In this document: positions 9,338-18,165 of the stretch, one piece after another
How the letters are laid out: every line of letters starts with the position of its first letter
Position numbering within the stretch: the first letter of the stretch is position 1
Sequence record: ON529851.1
Reading direction: 5' to 3' (one strand)
Length of the DNA: 64,000 nt
Program-made: the position numbers and the translations under genes
The notes under the pieces: generated by a model
Told to the model about the DNA's origin: nothing
Database searches by the model: none
The model's input: only the letters and a program-made list of their open reading frames with translations

Positions 9338-9438
9338 CTTCTTCTACTTCTAATTCTAAGACTAAGTCTAAGGTTGGGGGTTATCCCGCCCGACTACGCG
9401 CCGGGCGGGAGTTGTCCTTCCGACTACGCGCCGGATGG
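9338..9438 (-). promoter_or_regulatory. Structured 5' leader: two hairpins with identical 11-nt loops, then five UAG repeats at 6-nt period
   Basis: Seen directly. Plus strand TCCCGCCC-GACTACGCGCC-GGGCGGGA and GTCCTTCC-GACTACGCGCC-GGATGGAC; minus strand CCT TAG ACT TAG TCT TAG AAT TAG AAG TAG AAG AAG ATG. Confidence 0.6.
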
Positions 9439-9542
9439 ACGGGGTCTTTCGTCAGACCGCTTTGCGTTTATTTGTTATTGTCGAGAGGTGGCTTCGACGA
9501 ATATAGTCTTAGCACAAATCTCATCTTGGCGGAAGTAAAACG

Positions 9543-10640
9543 CTACTCCTCGTCAGAGATTTTTGGACCCTTTTCCTTAATGGTCAGACGATCATGACCT
9601 TCGGACGTCTTGGTGAAATCTTCCACCGGAAGCCCTGCGGCCCGCATGGCTTCAACGTCGTAGGTCTTCCTGCCCTTCATCCAGGAGAGGGAAACCTTCG
9701 CCAGACCGGGCACCTCGGCCCGACGAACTCCAACGTCGCGGAACCAGGCCTTAAGTCTCTCTGAGGCTGACCTGTATGCCGCTTCCGAGGTCTTGCGCGC
9801 TGCGGACGCCGCCCGCTCTTCGCGCAAGATGTCCTCGAATTCCTTCATGATCGGCAGCGCCATGTTGCTGGCGTTCGCCTCGCCCGACGTGGGGGTCGAC
9901 AGCCGCGACGCCTTGGCGCATGCCTGGGTGAACTTGCAGTAGGTGCAGCCGCCGTCGACCTTGCCCTCGGGGTAGACCTGACCGACATCCTTGATCTTGT
10001 AGACAGACCGAGCGCGCTCCTTGGCGATGTCGTATTCGATCTGATCGAACGGGATCACGAACACTTCGATGTCGTCGAAGAAGGAGGCGTCGATATAGAC
10101 GATGACCGCGTAGTTGGGCTTGTAGTCTGTCGTCTCGCGAATCGTTCCCATCTGCACCTGGGTCTGGCCCCGGTGAATGCTTTTCTCTTCCTTCAGATTC
10201 ACCCGAGGGTCGATCGACTTGATCTCGAAGTTGAAGCAGCCGGAGCCGCCGAGACTGGGGATGCCGTAGACCGCCAGGGCGTCGTCGTCGGCGTCGATCA
10301 CCAGACCGTCGGGCGTGGCGGTCAGGGGCGCGTCGGCCGCCTTGAACGTCTGCTGGTCGTCGCCGCCCCAGATCAGGCGCGTGTCCCAGAAGTGGTTCTC
10401 CAGGAACCACTTGACGGCGGGCTCGGCGAAATGCTGCTCGATCAGGTCGCCGCGTTGCAGGGCGCCCCAGCTTTCGACATAGTCCTTGTCGACCTCGCCG
10501 CCGTGTTTGGCGAACCACGTCTTGCGCAGGCAGCCGAACGCCTCGGACGCGCCGACCGTCTTGGAGCGGTCGTGCGCCCAGACCTTCTGGTGGCCTTTGA
10601 CCCAGGTGTCGTAGGCTTCCTTGAAGTCAATTGCTGCCAT
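9543..10640 (-). CDS. Cas4-like PD-(D/E)XK exonuclease with Fe-S cysteines
   Basis: ASEAFGCLRK, ATPDGL, FEIKS, QTQVQM, CTYCKFTQAC. Confidence 0.85.
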   Translation of the reverse strand: MAAIDFKEAYDTWVKGHQKVWAHDRSKTVGASEAFGCLRKTWFAKHGGEVDKDYVESWGALQRGDLIEQHFAEPAVKWFLENHFWDTRLIWGGDDQQTFKAADAPLTATPDGLVIDADDDALAVYGIPSLGGSGCFNFEIKSIDPRVNLKEEKSIHRGQTQVQMGTIRETTDYKPNYAVIVYIDASFFDDIEVFVIPFDQIEYDIAKERARSVYKIKDVGQVYPEGKVDGGCTYCKFTQACAKASRLSTPTSGEANASNMALPIMKEFEDILREERAASAARKTSEAAYRSASERLKAWFRDVGVRRAEVPGLAKVSLSWMKGRKTYDVEAMRAAGLPVEDFTKTSEGHDRLTIKEKGPKISDEE

Positions 10641-10777
10641 TACGGATTTCGTGACTCATTCAAACCGGCGCGGCGCCGGACGTGTTGGGCGGGTCGCCGG
10701 GCATGAAGAGCGCGACGAGCAAAAGCAGGAGGGCCAGGGCTTCCATCAGTCCGGCAAGGCCCGGTGCAGGGCCTCGG

Positions 10778-11392
10778 TCATGCCGCCGCCTCGGCCTTGG
10801 CGGCGCGTTCGGCCGCCAGGTGGTCCTGGATGAACCAGAAGAGGTCGCGGCAGTCGATGACGTCGCCGATCGCCTGGTGCGCCGAGGTCGGTTCGCGGTG
10901 CAGCAGCTTGCGCACCGCGTCTTCCAGCTTGGGCCAGGCGTAGCCCTGGTAGCCGTTCTTGTTGGGGAACTTGCAGATCGGGATGCCGGTCTGCATGGTG
11001 CAGAACTGATTCTTACCCTGGAAGACGTCGAGCGACGAATTGCCCGACAACAGCCGAGCGGCGTTGTTGATGATGTTGACGTCGAACTCGATGTTGTGCG
11101 CCACCACCACGTCCGCGACCGCGACCATGTCGCAGAACACGTCCAGAACCGGGCCTTCCGTCAGACCGATCGCCCGAGACACCGCCGTGGTCGTGCCGTG
11201 CACATTGGACGAAGCGAGCGGGATCGGCTGGTCGCGATAGACGATCATGTCCATACGCATGAGTTCGGCGCGCGTCTCGCTGTCCTGGAGGATGGCGGCG
11301 ATCTGGACGATGCGCGGCTGGTCCTGATGACCGCACGCCATGCGCTTGTTCCACAGACCGGTGGTTTCGGTGTCGAAGAAGAGCAGGTTCAC
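10778..11392 (-). CDS. DEDDh 3'-5' exonuclease (DnaQ/epsilon-like)
   Basis: FFDTETTG, VAHNIEFD, CTMQ, PKLED, AHQAIGDV. Confidence 0.92.
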   Translation of the reverse strand: MNLLFFDTETTGLWNKRMACGHQDQPRIVQIAAILQDSETRAELMRMDMIVYRDQPIPLASSNVHGTTTAVSRAIGLTEGPVLDVFCDMVAVADVVVAHNIEFDVNIINNAARLLSGNSSLDVFQGKNQFCTMQTGIPICKFPNKNGYQGYAWPKLEDAVRKLLHREPTSAHQAIGDVIDCRDLFWFIQDHLAAERAAKAEAAA

Positions 11393-11393
11393 G

Positions 11394-11900
11394 TCACGCG
11401 TCTCCCGAGGGCTTCGGGTTCTTCAGGGCGTCGAGCCGCTCCTTGAGGAAGTCGGACATATAGGCGACAGACCCCTCGGGCGCGGGGCGCTCCGCCGGCT
11501 GGGCGGCGCGATTCTCGGCGACCATCTGGTCTTGCGCCGCCGCCATGGCGTTGGCCTGAGCCTGGGCGTAGGCCGCCAGGGTCGTCAGGACGTGCGCGAC
11601 GATCAGGGTATAGCCTTCAAACGCACCGCGCGTGCGGGCGGCGACCAGATGGTTGATCAACGCCCAGGCGGCGTTGAAGACGAACCAGCCGACCGCCGCC
11701 AGCCAGGTGATCCGATACAGCCCCGCCGTCGGGGCGCCGATGAAGCCGGGCGCCAAAGCATGGCCGACGGTGAAGAACAGCGTCAGCCCGCCGGTGATCA
11801 GCAGCAGCAGCGTCGTCAGCGCGCGGAAGCCTGCCGCATCGGCGGCGGGCTGGTAGGGCGCCGGTTTCGGCGGGGTGTTCGGGGGAGTGTCGGGGGACAT
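11394..11900 (-). CDS. Hypothetical membrane protein with two TM helices (~168 aa)
   Basis: Hydrophobic segments; ATG at 11900 lies downstream of a TTGACA-N17-TAACAA promoter (11954-11926). Confidence 0.65.
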   Translation of the reverse strand: MSPDTPPNTPPKPAPYQPAADAAGFRALTTLLLLITGGLTLFFTVGHALAPGFIGAPTAGLYRITWLAAVGWFVFNAAWALINHLVAARTRGAFEGYTLIVAHVLTTLAAYAQAQANAMAAAQDQMVAENRAAQPAERPAPEGSVAYMSDFLKERLDALKNPKPSGDA

Positions 11901-11991
11901 CGGGGCGTCTCGCTCTTGAGGGACCTTGTTAACCATATTGGCGGTGAATGTCAACATTCCCGGCAGTGATCCGCCGGAAAATGTGACTCCA

Positions 11992-14475
11992 TCAGTGCGT
12001 TTCCGACCAGCGGCGGCCGAACTTGGTGTCCACGTCGACCGGCAGGCGGAAACCGAACCCGGCGCCGGCGTCGTAGGCCGCGTCCTTGATGTTTTTCTCG
12101 CAGATCGCCATGATCCGGGCGTCATCGCGGACCGCCACCTGGAGTTCGTCGTGAATCCAGGCCACGATGGCGAAGTCGCCGTCCCAACCGTGTTTCAGGC
12201 CGTCTTCCAGGCAGTATTCGTGGAAGTTCACGCACCACTGCTTGGCGATCGTCGCGCCGGCGCCCTGGAGCAGGGTGTTCAGCGCGGCGTGCTGCGCCCG
12301 CACGAACAGGCGGCGCCCGTCCATCGCATCCAGCATGCCGGACTTGGCCTGCTTCTGGATGTTCTTGACCACCATGCCCAGAGCGGGAATGCGGGTCATC
12401 AGACGGCGGCGCATTTCGGCCCCGACCTTCTTGGCCTCGGTCGGCCGCAGCGCCAGCGCCGGGTCGATGACCGTGCCCAGCTTGAAGTCCTGGGCGCCGT
12501 AGATGAGGGCGTAGATGAAGGTCTTGGCGGTGTCGCGGTTGTTCAGTTCGAGCGCGGCCGTGTGCAGGTCGTGCGGGTCGGATTCGACCACCAGGCGGCC
12601 GTAGACGCCGTCGTCGAACTCGGCCATGAAGTGACCCAGGGCGCGCAGTTCGATGCCCTTCTGGTCGGAACCCATGAGAATCCAGCCCTGGGGCACGATG
12701 AAGAGGTCGCGGCAGTTCCAGCCGTGATCGCCCGGACGGCCCTTCAGCATCTGCTTCTTGGTCAGGACCTTCTGACCCTCATCCAGCAGATACCAGCCGT
12801 CGCGGCCCTCGATCGCCTCGACCCGGACGAACTCGCCCTTCTCGTTGACGTAGCCGTTCAGGCCGTCGCGCACGATGACGTCGAGCGGCGAACCGTCCTT
12901 CATCTTGGCCTTGGCGGGGTTGCCCTCAAGCTGTTTGCCGGTCAGCGGATCAAGCAGCGGCGTCAGGTCGGCGCGGTGCTCGAAGACCTGCTTGTCGTCA
13001 GGACCGTCGACCCAGTAGCCGTAGATGATCTTGCCCTTCTGGAAGTCGATGCCGACCCCCGGCTCCAGCCACTGCTTCAGCTTCTTGAAGACGACGCGCG
13101 GGACCTGGGCGATGTTCGGATTGGCGTGCGAGGCGCGGTTGGTCACCGTCCCCCCGACGTTGAACGTCGGGTGGATGCGACCGTCGCCGCGCTCCATCGC
13201 CTTGCCGATCCAGCCGTTCTTGCCGTCGACAAGCTGGCCGAGCCGCTTGTTGTAGTAGAACAGTTCGGCCAGTTCGTCGCAGATCGGGATCGTCTGGGCG
13301 AGGTCGCGCAGGATTTCGTCGTTGACGGCGATGCCGCCGGCCTCCGTCTTGTCGCGGTCGTCGTGGTCCCAGCCGTAGACCTTTTCCAGGCGCTCGATGA
13401 TCTGCGGGCGCGAGCCGGGGTTGAACTCCTTCAGTTCCACCGGGCAGTAGGCGCAGCCTTCCATCCGGTCCGGCTTGCCCGAGCCCGGCTTGAACTTCAT
13501 CGTCTTCTTGGGAACCGTGATGTCGCCCCAGTTGGAGCGACCCAGGTCTTCGCCGTGCTCGGTGCGCGGCTTGTAGGCGATCTTGGTCTTCTTGATCTTG
13601 CCGTTGTCGTCCAGCAAGGGCTTGCCGGTCTCGGGGTCGAGCATCTCGACCGTGTATTCCTTGCCGATCGTCTTCCACTTGGACGGCACCCACCATTCGC
13701 CGAAGTGCGCGATCGCCTTGCGCTCCTTCTCCTCGACGACGGCGCGCAGTTCCGCTTCCAGGGCGCGCGCGGCCTCCATGTCGAAGGGGAAGCCGTTGTT
13801 GGTGACTTCCTCCATCAGGGCGTGGACCCGATGCTCCAGCGTGATCGACTGTTCGGAGTGACGACGCGGGTCGACCTCCATCAGGCGCCACAGGGCCTCG
13901 TTGACGTTCAAGTCCTGAACGCAGTAATCCTCCATCTCCTGGCTCCATTCGGACCAGACGAGACGGATCAGTTCTTCCTTGGGATAGTCCGGGTAGAGGG
14001 ACTTGTAGTAGGCCTGCTTGGTCTTGGCGTAGTCGCCCTTGGGGAAGCCCAAGCGCTGGCCCCAGGCCTCCAGGCCGTGTCGGCCGATCTGGGCGCCTTC
14101 GATCTCGTCGCGCTTGAAGCGGCGGAAGTCGCGCTCTTTCTCGTCCGCGTAGAAGATGCGGCTGAGCACCATGGTGTCGCGCACCAGGGCGTTGCACTGG
14201 AACTGCGGGTAGAGCAGTTCGATCGCGGGAATATCGAAGCCGACGATGTTGTGCCCGACGAGCAGATCAGCCTCGGCCAGCATCGCCACGCCGCGCGCGA
14301 TCTGGTCCGTCCGCTTGTTCTTGCGGAAGACGTGCGTCTGACGCGTGGTCAGATCGCGGATCGCGAGGATGTGGATACGGCTCTTGACGTCGTCGCCCTT
14401 GTGGGCGGTCAGATAGGGCAGCAGGCCCGTCGTTTCGATGTCGAAGAGGTACTGCTTACCGGGGGGCAGTTGCAT
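11992..14475 (-). CDS. polA: Family A DNA polymerase, T7 gp5-like
   Basis: LFDIETTG, VGHNIVGFD, YCVQD (exonuclease); FNPGSR after a thioredoxin-binding-like insert; SHANPNIAQVP, DQKGIELR (motif A), AKTFIYALIYG (motif B), WIHDELQV (motif C). Confidence 0.97.
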   Translation of the reverse strand: MQLPPGKQYLFDIETTGLLPYLTAHKGDDVKSRIHILAIRDLTTRQTHVFRKNKRTDQIARGVAMLAEADLLVGHNIVGFDIPAIELLYPQFQCNALVRDTMVLSRIFYADEKERDFRRFKRDEIEGAQIGRHGLEAWGQRLGFPKGDYAKTKQAYYKSLYPDYPKEELIRLVWSEWSQEMEDYCVQDLNVNEALWRLMEVDPRRHSEQSITLEHRVHALMEEVTNNGFPFDMEAARALEAELRAVVEEKERKAIAHFGEWWVPSKWKTIGKEYTVEMLDPETGKPLLDDNGKIKKTKIAYKPRTEHGEDLGRSNWGDITVPKKTMKFKPGSGKPDRMEGCAYCPVELKEFNPGSRPQIIERLEKVYGWDHDDRDKTEAGGIAVNDEILRDLAQTIPICDELAELFYYNKRLGQLVDGKNGWIGKAMERGDGRIHPTFNVGGTVTNRASHANPNIAQVPRVVFKKLKQWLEPGVGIDFQKGKIIYGYWVDGPDDKQVFEHRADLTPLLDPLTGKQLEGNPAKAKMKDGSPLDVIVRDGLNGYVNEKGEFVRVEAIEGRDGWYLLDEGQKVLTKKQMLKGRPGDHGWNCRDLFIVPQGWILMGSDQKGIELRALGHFMAEFDDGVYGRLVVESDPHDLHTAALELNNRDTAKTFIYALIYGAQDFKLGTVIDPALALRPTEAKKVGAEMRRRLMTRIPALGMVVKNIQKQAKSGMLDAMDGRRLFVRAQHAALNTLLQGAGATIAKQWCVNFHEYCLEDGLKHGWDGDFAIVAWIHDELQVAVRDDARIMAICEKNIKDAAYDAGAGFGFRLPVDVDTKFGRRWSETH

Positions 14476-14607
14476 CAGAAGTGACCAGTTGGCGCAGGTC
14501 CCCGGCCGTGAGCGGGCCGGGGCTGAGCAGTTGTTGGATCAGGGCGGCGGACAAGCCCTCCGCCCTCAGAATCGTCGCGGGGTCGCGGGACATCAGCAGC
14601 GGCGGAG

Positions 14608-14636
14608 GAGTCACGCTGCTTCGCGTTTCATGACTC
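14608..14636. repeat. Dyad GAGTCACG-N13-CATGACTC
   Basis: Overlaps the C5-MTase stop; same arms and spacing as the copies at 56945 and 60888. Confidence 0.6.
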
Positions 14637-15618
14637 CATCCAGACGTTCGCCGAGCCAGCGGACGACCGGAACGGCCAGGGAGTTGCCGATGGCGGTGCG
14701 GCGCGCCGTCACCGAGGCGCCGGGGATGTCGGTGTAGCCGTCCGGCATCCCTTGCAGGCGCTCGTACTCCACCGGGGTCAGGGCGCGCACGACCCAACGC
14801 CCTTCGTGCTGGGTCAGGACCTGGGCGACGGAGCCGCCGCCGGCGGCCGTGCGCAGGCAGTTGGACACTTCGTCGCCTTGCTCGATCTGCTGGGCCTTGA
14901 CGCCCTTCAGGACGCGTCCCCGGATGGCGATGCGATAGGCAGGGGCGACAGCGCCTCCAGCAGTTCCGGCGACAGCGTCCGTCCCGCCGCCCGCGCGTTC
15001 GCCAGCAAGGTCGCCTTGCGGTCCTCGCTCAAAAAGAACGTCGCGGGGATCGATTCCGCCCCGAGGACACGCGACAACGTAGACGCGCTCGCGTTGTTGG
15101 GGCAGGCCGAAGTGTTGTGCGTCCAGGACTCGCCAAGCAATGGCCCGTTTGGGGCCAAGCACATAACCAGAGTTCGTCCACCGATCCCCTGACGGGACGA
15201 GGTTCCCAAACTCTCCGGCCAGGGCTCCGAGGAATTGTCCAAAGGCGTTGCAGTCATCGGTAAGCAGTCCGGGCACGTTTTCGAAGAAGAAGACATCAGG
15301 ATCGATCTCGTCGATCAGCTTGATGCCAGCGAGGGTGAGGAAGCCGCGACCGCCGTCGACGCCGGCCTTCTTGCCGGCTTCGGAGAAGTCCTGGCAGGGG
15401 AAGGAGGCCCAGAGGATGTTGACGGCCTTGCGGAAGGCTTCGCCGTCGATCGTCAGCAGGTTGCCCAGGTTCGGCGTTTCGCCGTAGCGGTGATGCAGGA
15501 AACGGGTGGGGAAGGCGGCGTTGTCGGCGAAAAAGACCGGCGTCAGCTTGAGGTCCTTCCACGCCAGCGAGACGGCTTCAATGCCGGAGCAGAGGGTGGC
15601 GAAGGTGCGTTGGGTCAT
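14611..15618 (-). CDS. DNA (cytosine-5) methyltransferase
   Basis: FATLCSGIEA (motif I), SFPCQDFS (PC), FENVPG (ENV), PQQRERVY, LTPVEYERLQG, IGNSLAVPV. Start set at ATG 15618 downstream of TTGACT-N17-TAACCA. Confidence 0.95.
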   Translation of the reverse strand: MTQRTFATLCSGIEAVSLAWKDLKLTPVFFADNAAFPTRFLHHRYGETPNLGNLLTIDGEAFRKAVNILWASFPCQDFSEAGKKAGVDGGRGFLTLAGIKLIDEIDPDVFFFENVPGLLTDDCNAFGQFLGALAGEFGNLVPSGDRWTNSGYVLGPKRAIAWRVLDAQHFGLPQQRERVYVVACPRGGIDPRDVLFERGPQGDLAGERAGGGTDAVAGTAGGAVAPAYRIAIRGRVLKGVKAQQIEQGDEVSNCLRTAAGGGSVAQVLTQHEGRWVVRALTPVEYERLQGMPDGYTDIPGASVTARRTAIGNSLAVPVVRWLGERLDGVMKREAA

Positions 15619-15679
15619 GGGTCCGGTATGGTTAACGAATGCCGTGGATGGAGTCAAGGATTGACGGGAAAGCTGACAA

Positions 15680-16465
15680 TCACTCCACCTGACCCGGCCA
15701 GACCCGGTCCGCCAGGCGCAGCAAGGCGCCGATGACCAGCTTCTTGTCCTTGCCGTTGACGAAGGGGCTCATCGTCTCGGGCCAGCGCGGGGGCAGGCCC
15801 ATGAAGGGCAGGGTGCGCTCGGCCGCCGCGAACTCCGAGGCGGCGAAGCCGGCGACCTGGTGGAGGCCGACGGCGTAGGAGTGCAGGCCGTAAAGCTTCT
15901 CGTTGTCCCCGTCGTGGTAGCCCATGCCGAGGCGGATTTTCTCGATCTCGCTGTCGTAGGCCATCCAGCAGAAGCGGCCGTCGGGCAGGTCCAGATGCTG
16001 GGTGTCCCAGTCGAGCGGATGCCCGAAGGCGTCGATGCGGCACCGGTCGACCGCCTGGGCGAAGGGCGCCAGGCGGCCGATCGCCTTGATGGTCGCAACC
16101 AGCGGCATGAACCGCCCCGCCGACAGTTCCAGGCAGGGGGTCCGGTCCAGCAGGGCGCGGTATTCCGCCACCGTCTGGCCGGCGCTCGACAGCGGATGGC
16201 GCTTGCCTTCGACCTGCTCACGCAGCAGCAGGCCGTCGACGGGATCGCGCGACGCCAGCCAGTCCACGAAGGCCGAGACGTGGTATTCGTGCACCTGCGG
16301 CCCCAGGATATGGGCGCGCTGGAGTTCGTTGACCGATTCCATGCCGAAGCCGATGTGCAGGCTGTTGTTCTCGTCCTGATGCAGGGCGTAGAGGAACAGC
16401 CGGCTCGCGCCGGTGGCCTTCAAAGGCGTGCGTTCATAGGCGTTGAGGAGGCTCACAGGCGCCAC
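15680..16465 (-). CDS. Hypothetical protein (261 aa)
   Basis: ORF track; overlaps the upstream gene by 13 nt. Confidence 0.7.
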   Translation of the reverse strand: MAPVSLLNAYERTPLKATGASRLFLYALHQDENNSLHIGFGMESVNELQRAHILGPQVHEYHVSAFVDWLASRDPVDGLLLREQVEGKRHPLSSAGQTVAEYRALLDRTPCLELSAGRFMPLVATIKAIGRLAPFAQAVDRCRIDAFGHPLDWDTQHLDLPDGRFCWMAYDSEIEKIRLGMGYHDGDNEKLYGLHSYAVGLHQVAGFAASEFAAAERTLPFMGLPPRWPETMSPFVNGKDKKLVIGALLRLADRVWPGQVE

Positions 16466-18165
16466 TTCGCTCCCTGCATGGTGATGATCTGCCGGTGACC
16501 GTTGCGCAGGGTCACGACGTGGGAATGGGACCAGCCCGACAGGCCCTTGTTGTACCCCATGTCCAGCTTGGACGTGGTGCCCGCCACATAGGCCCCGTCG
16601 ATGATCTGACAGGCGTGGGTGTGGCCGGTGGTCGACTTGGCGCCAGCGCGGGTGAACTGCTTGGGCGCCCCGCGCGCGCCATTGGCGCCCAGGTGGCCGT
16701 GCATGCCCTTCTCGATGTCCATGACCATGAAGGATTCGTCTTCACGGAGGAACCGAACGCCTTCGCAGGAGACGTCGTCGAAATGGTCGGTCAGGACGTA
16801 TTCGAAGACCGAGAAGCCCTTCTCGCGCTCGCGGATCGACTGATAGGTGCGCCGCTGGCACGCCAGGAAGAACTCGGCGTTGCGCGGATCATGGCGATAG
16901 TCGGCTTCCTTGAGCCAGCGCTTCAGCGCCAGGTCGTGGTTGGATTCCACCACCACGGTCTGGCAGAAGTCCCGGCGCGTCTTCTGGATGAAGTCGCCGA
17001 CCTCGTGCAGTTCGGTCTCCACCGAATCCGCGCCGTCCACGTAGAGCGAGAACATGTGGTGCGGATCGCGCAGGTTGTGGTGATTGCGCGCCTGGAAGTC
17101 GCAGACGTCGTGGAAGAATTGATACGACGGGCGCAGAGCGTCCAGGATCGGCATCGGATCGCCGGACGTAATCGTGTCCCAGCGGCGCCCTTGTCCCCGG
17201 CCCTTGTCGTCGAGCGGATAATAACCGAAGCAGGCCTTGGCGACGACGGGGTCGATCTGCGCGACGTGCAGGTCGCCCCAGTTGACGGAGGCGACGCGGT
17301 GGCGGCTGGTGATCACCGGCGTATTGCCCCGCGTCGACTTGTCCAGGCGCGTCTCGACGCGCACGTCCAGGTCCATGAAGGACCCGTCCGGCTCGGCGAA
17401 CAGGTGCCGGCAGAAGAACTCGCCCTGGTCGTTCATCTCGACCAGTAGCGCCGCGACTTCATGGTGGAAGGCCGCCTTGATGCCCGCCTTCTTCTTCACA
17501 TAGTTCGGCAGGGTGATCGAGCCGGTGGTCATGTTCAGCTTGGTCGGGGCGTGCTTCATCGTCGGCACCGACTGAAGCTGGACCTTGGCGTGGGGGAAGA
17601 TGCCCCAGCGATGCTTGGTGTAGGTCTCAAAGCCGCTGAGCGGATTGACCGCCGTCGGCTGGGTGTTCATCTCGCCGCAGTAGTCGATCTTGTCGCCCAG
17701 CCGGATGCGCTTGTTCGAGATATAGGGAATGACCCGGAAGTGGTGGCTGGGCTCCTTCTCGTTCTTGCCGCGATCGTCGCCGTCCTTGGCGTGGCCCCGG
17801 TACAGCTTCTTGTTGTAGGTGTAGCCCGAGATCATGATCTCGCACGGCCCGTCCTTGGCGAGGTGGTCCCGATAGACTTCCAGGTTGGTCAGGAAGTCCT
17901 CGTGGATCGCCGTTTCGGTCTGGGCCGAGGTCAGGATGAAGCGCCGGACGGTGCCGGGCTCCACCACGATCTTCTGCGGATCGACCGGCGGGATGTAGCT
18001 GAACGGGTCGCGATGCACCTTGTGCAGGCGCAGTTGCAGGGTCGAGCGCGCCACGCCATAGTGGCGGCTGAACTGCCGCTGACCGCCCATGTCGGTGACG
18101 ATGCGGTCAAGTTCCTCGGGCGAGACGGAGTCGAGGTCGAAGGACCCCTTGGCTTCAGCCGGCAA
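16453..18165 (-). CDS. T5 A1-like protein (HTH plus metallophosphoesterase-type nuclease)
   Basis: RFILTSAQ, WGDLH, HDVCD, ESNHD, MHGHLGANGARG and TGHTH metal-binding motifs; N-terminal HTH-like FSRHYGVARSTL. Resemblance to A1 is from memory and was not searched. Confidence 0.65.
   Translation of the reverse strand: MPAEAKGSFDLDSVSPEELDRIVTDMGGQRQFSRHYGVARSTLQLRLHKVHRDPFSYIPPVDPQKIVVEPGTVRRFILTSAQTETAIHEDFLTNLEVYRDHLAKDGPCEIMISGYTYNKKLYRGHAKDGDDRGKNEKEPSHHFRVIPYISNKRIRLGDKIDYCGEMNTQPTAVNPLSGFETYTKHRWGIFPHAKVQLQSVPTMKHAPTKLNMTTGSITLPNYVKKKAGIKAAFHHEVAALLVEMNDQGEFFCRHLFAEPDGSFMDLDVRVETRLDKSTRGNTPVITSRHRVASVNWGDLHVAQIDPVVAKACFGYYPLDDKGRGQGRRWDTITSGDPMPILDALRPSYQFFHDVCDFQARNHHNLRDPHHMFSLYVDGADSVETELHEVGDFIQKTRRDFCQTVVVESNHDLALKRWLKEADYRHDPRNAEFFLACQRRTYQSIREREKGFSVFEYVLTDHFDDVSCEGVRFLREDESFMVMDIEKGMHGHLGANGARGAPKQFTRAGAKSTTGHTHACQIIDGAYVAGTTSKLDMGYNKGLSGWSHSHVVTLRNGHRQIITMQGAKWRL

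Noticed and set aside
9338-9375. UAG repeats as evidence of stop-codon reassignment
   Set aside because: They lie upstream of the ATG, genes in the window end normally at TAG/TGA/TAA, and no suppressor tRNA is seen.
9543-10640. Cas4-like gene as a sign of a CRISPR system
   Set aside because: No repeat-spacer array or other cas genes in the window; solo Cas4-like exonucleases are common in phages.
12720-13100. PolA insertion as a mini-intein (ends ...GWN|C)
   Set aside because: No N-terminal Cys/Ser nucleophile and no block A/B/F motifs; the Cys is the native residue of the conserved CR.LF motif.
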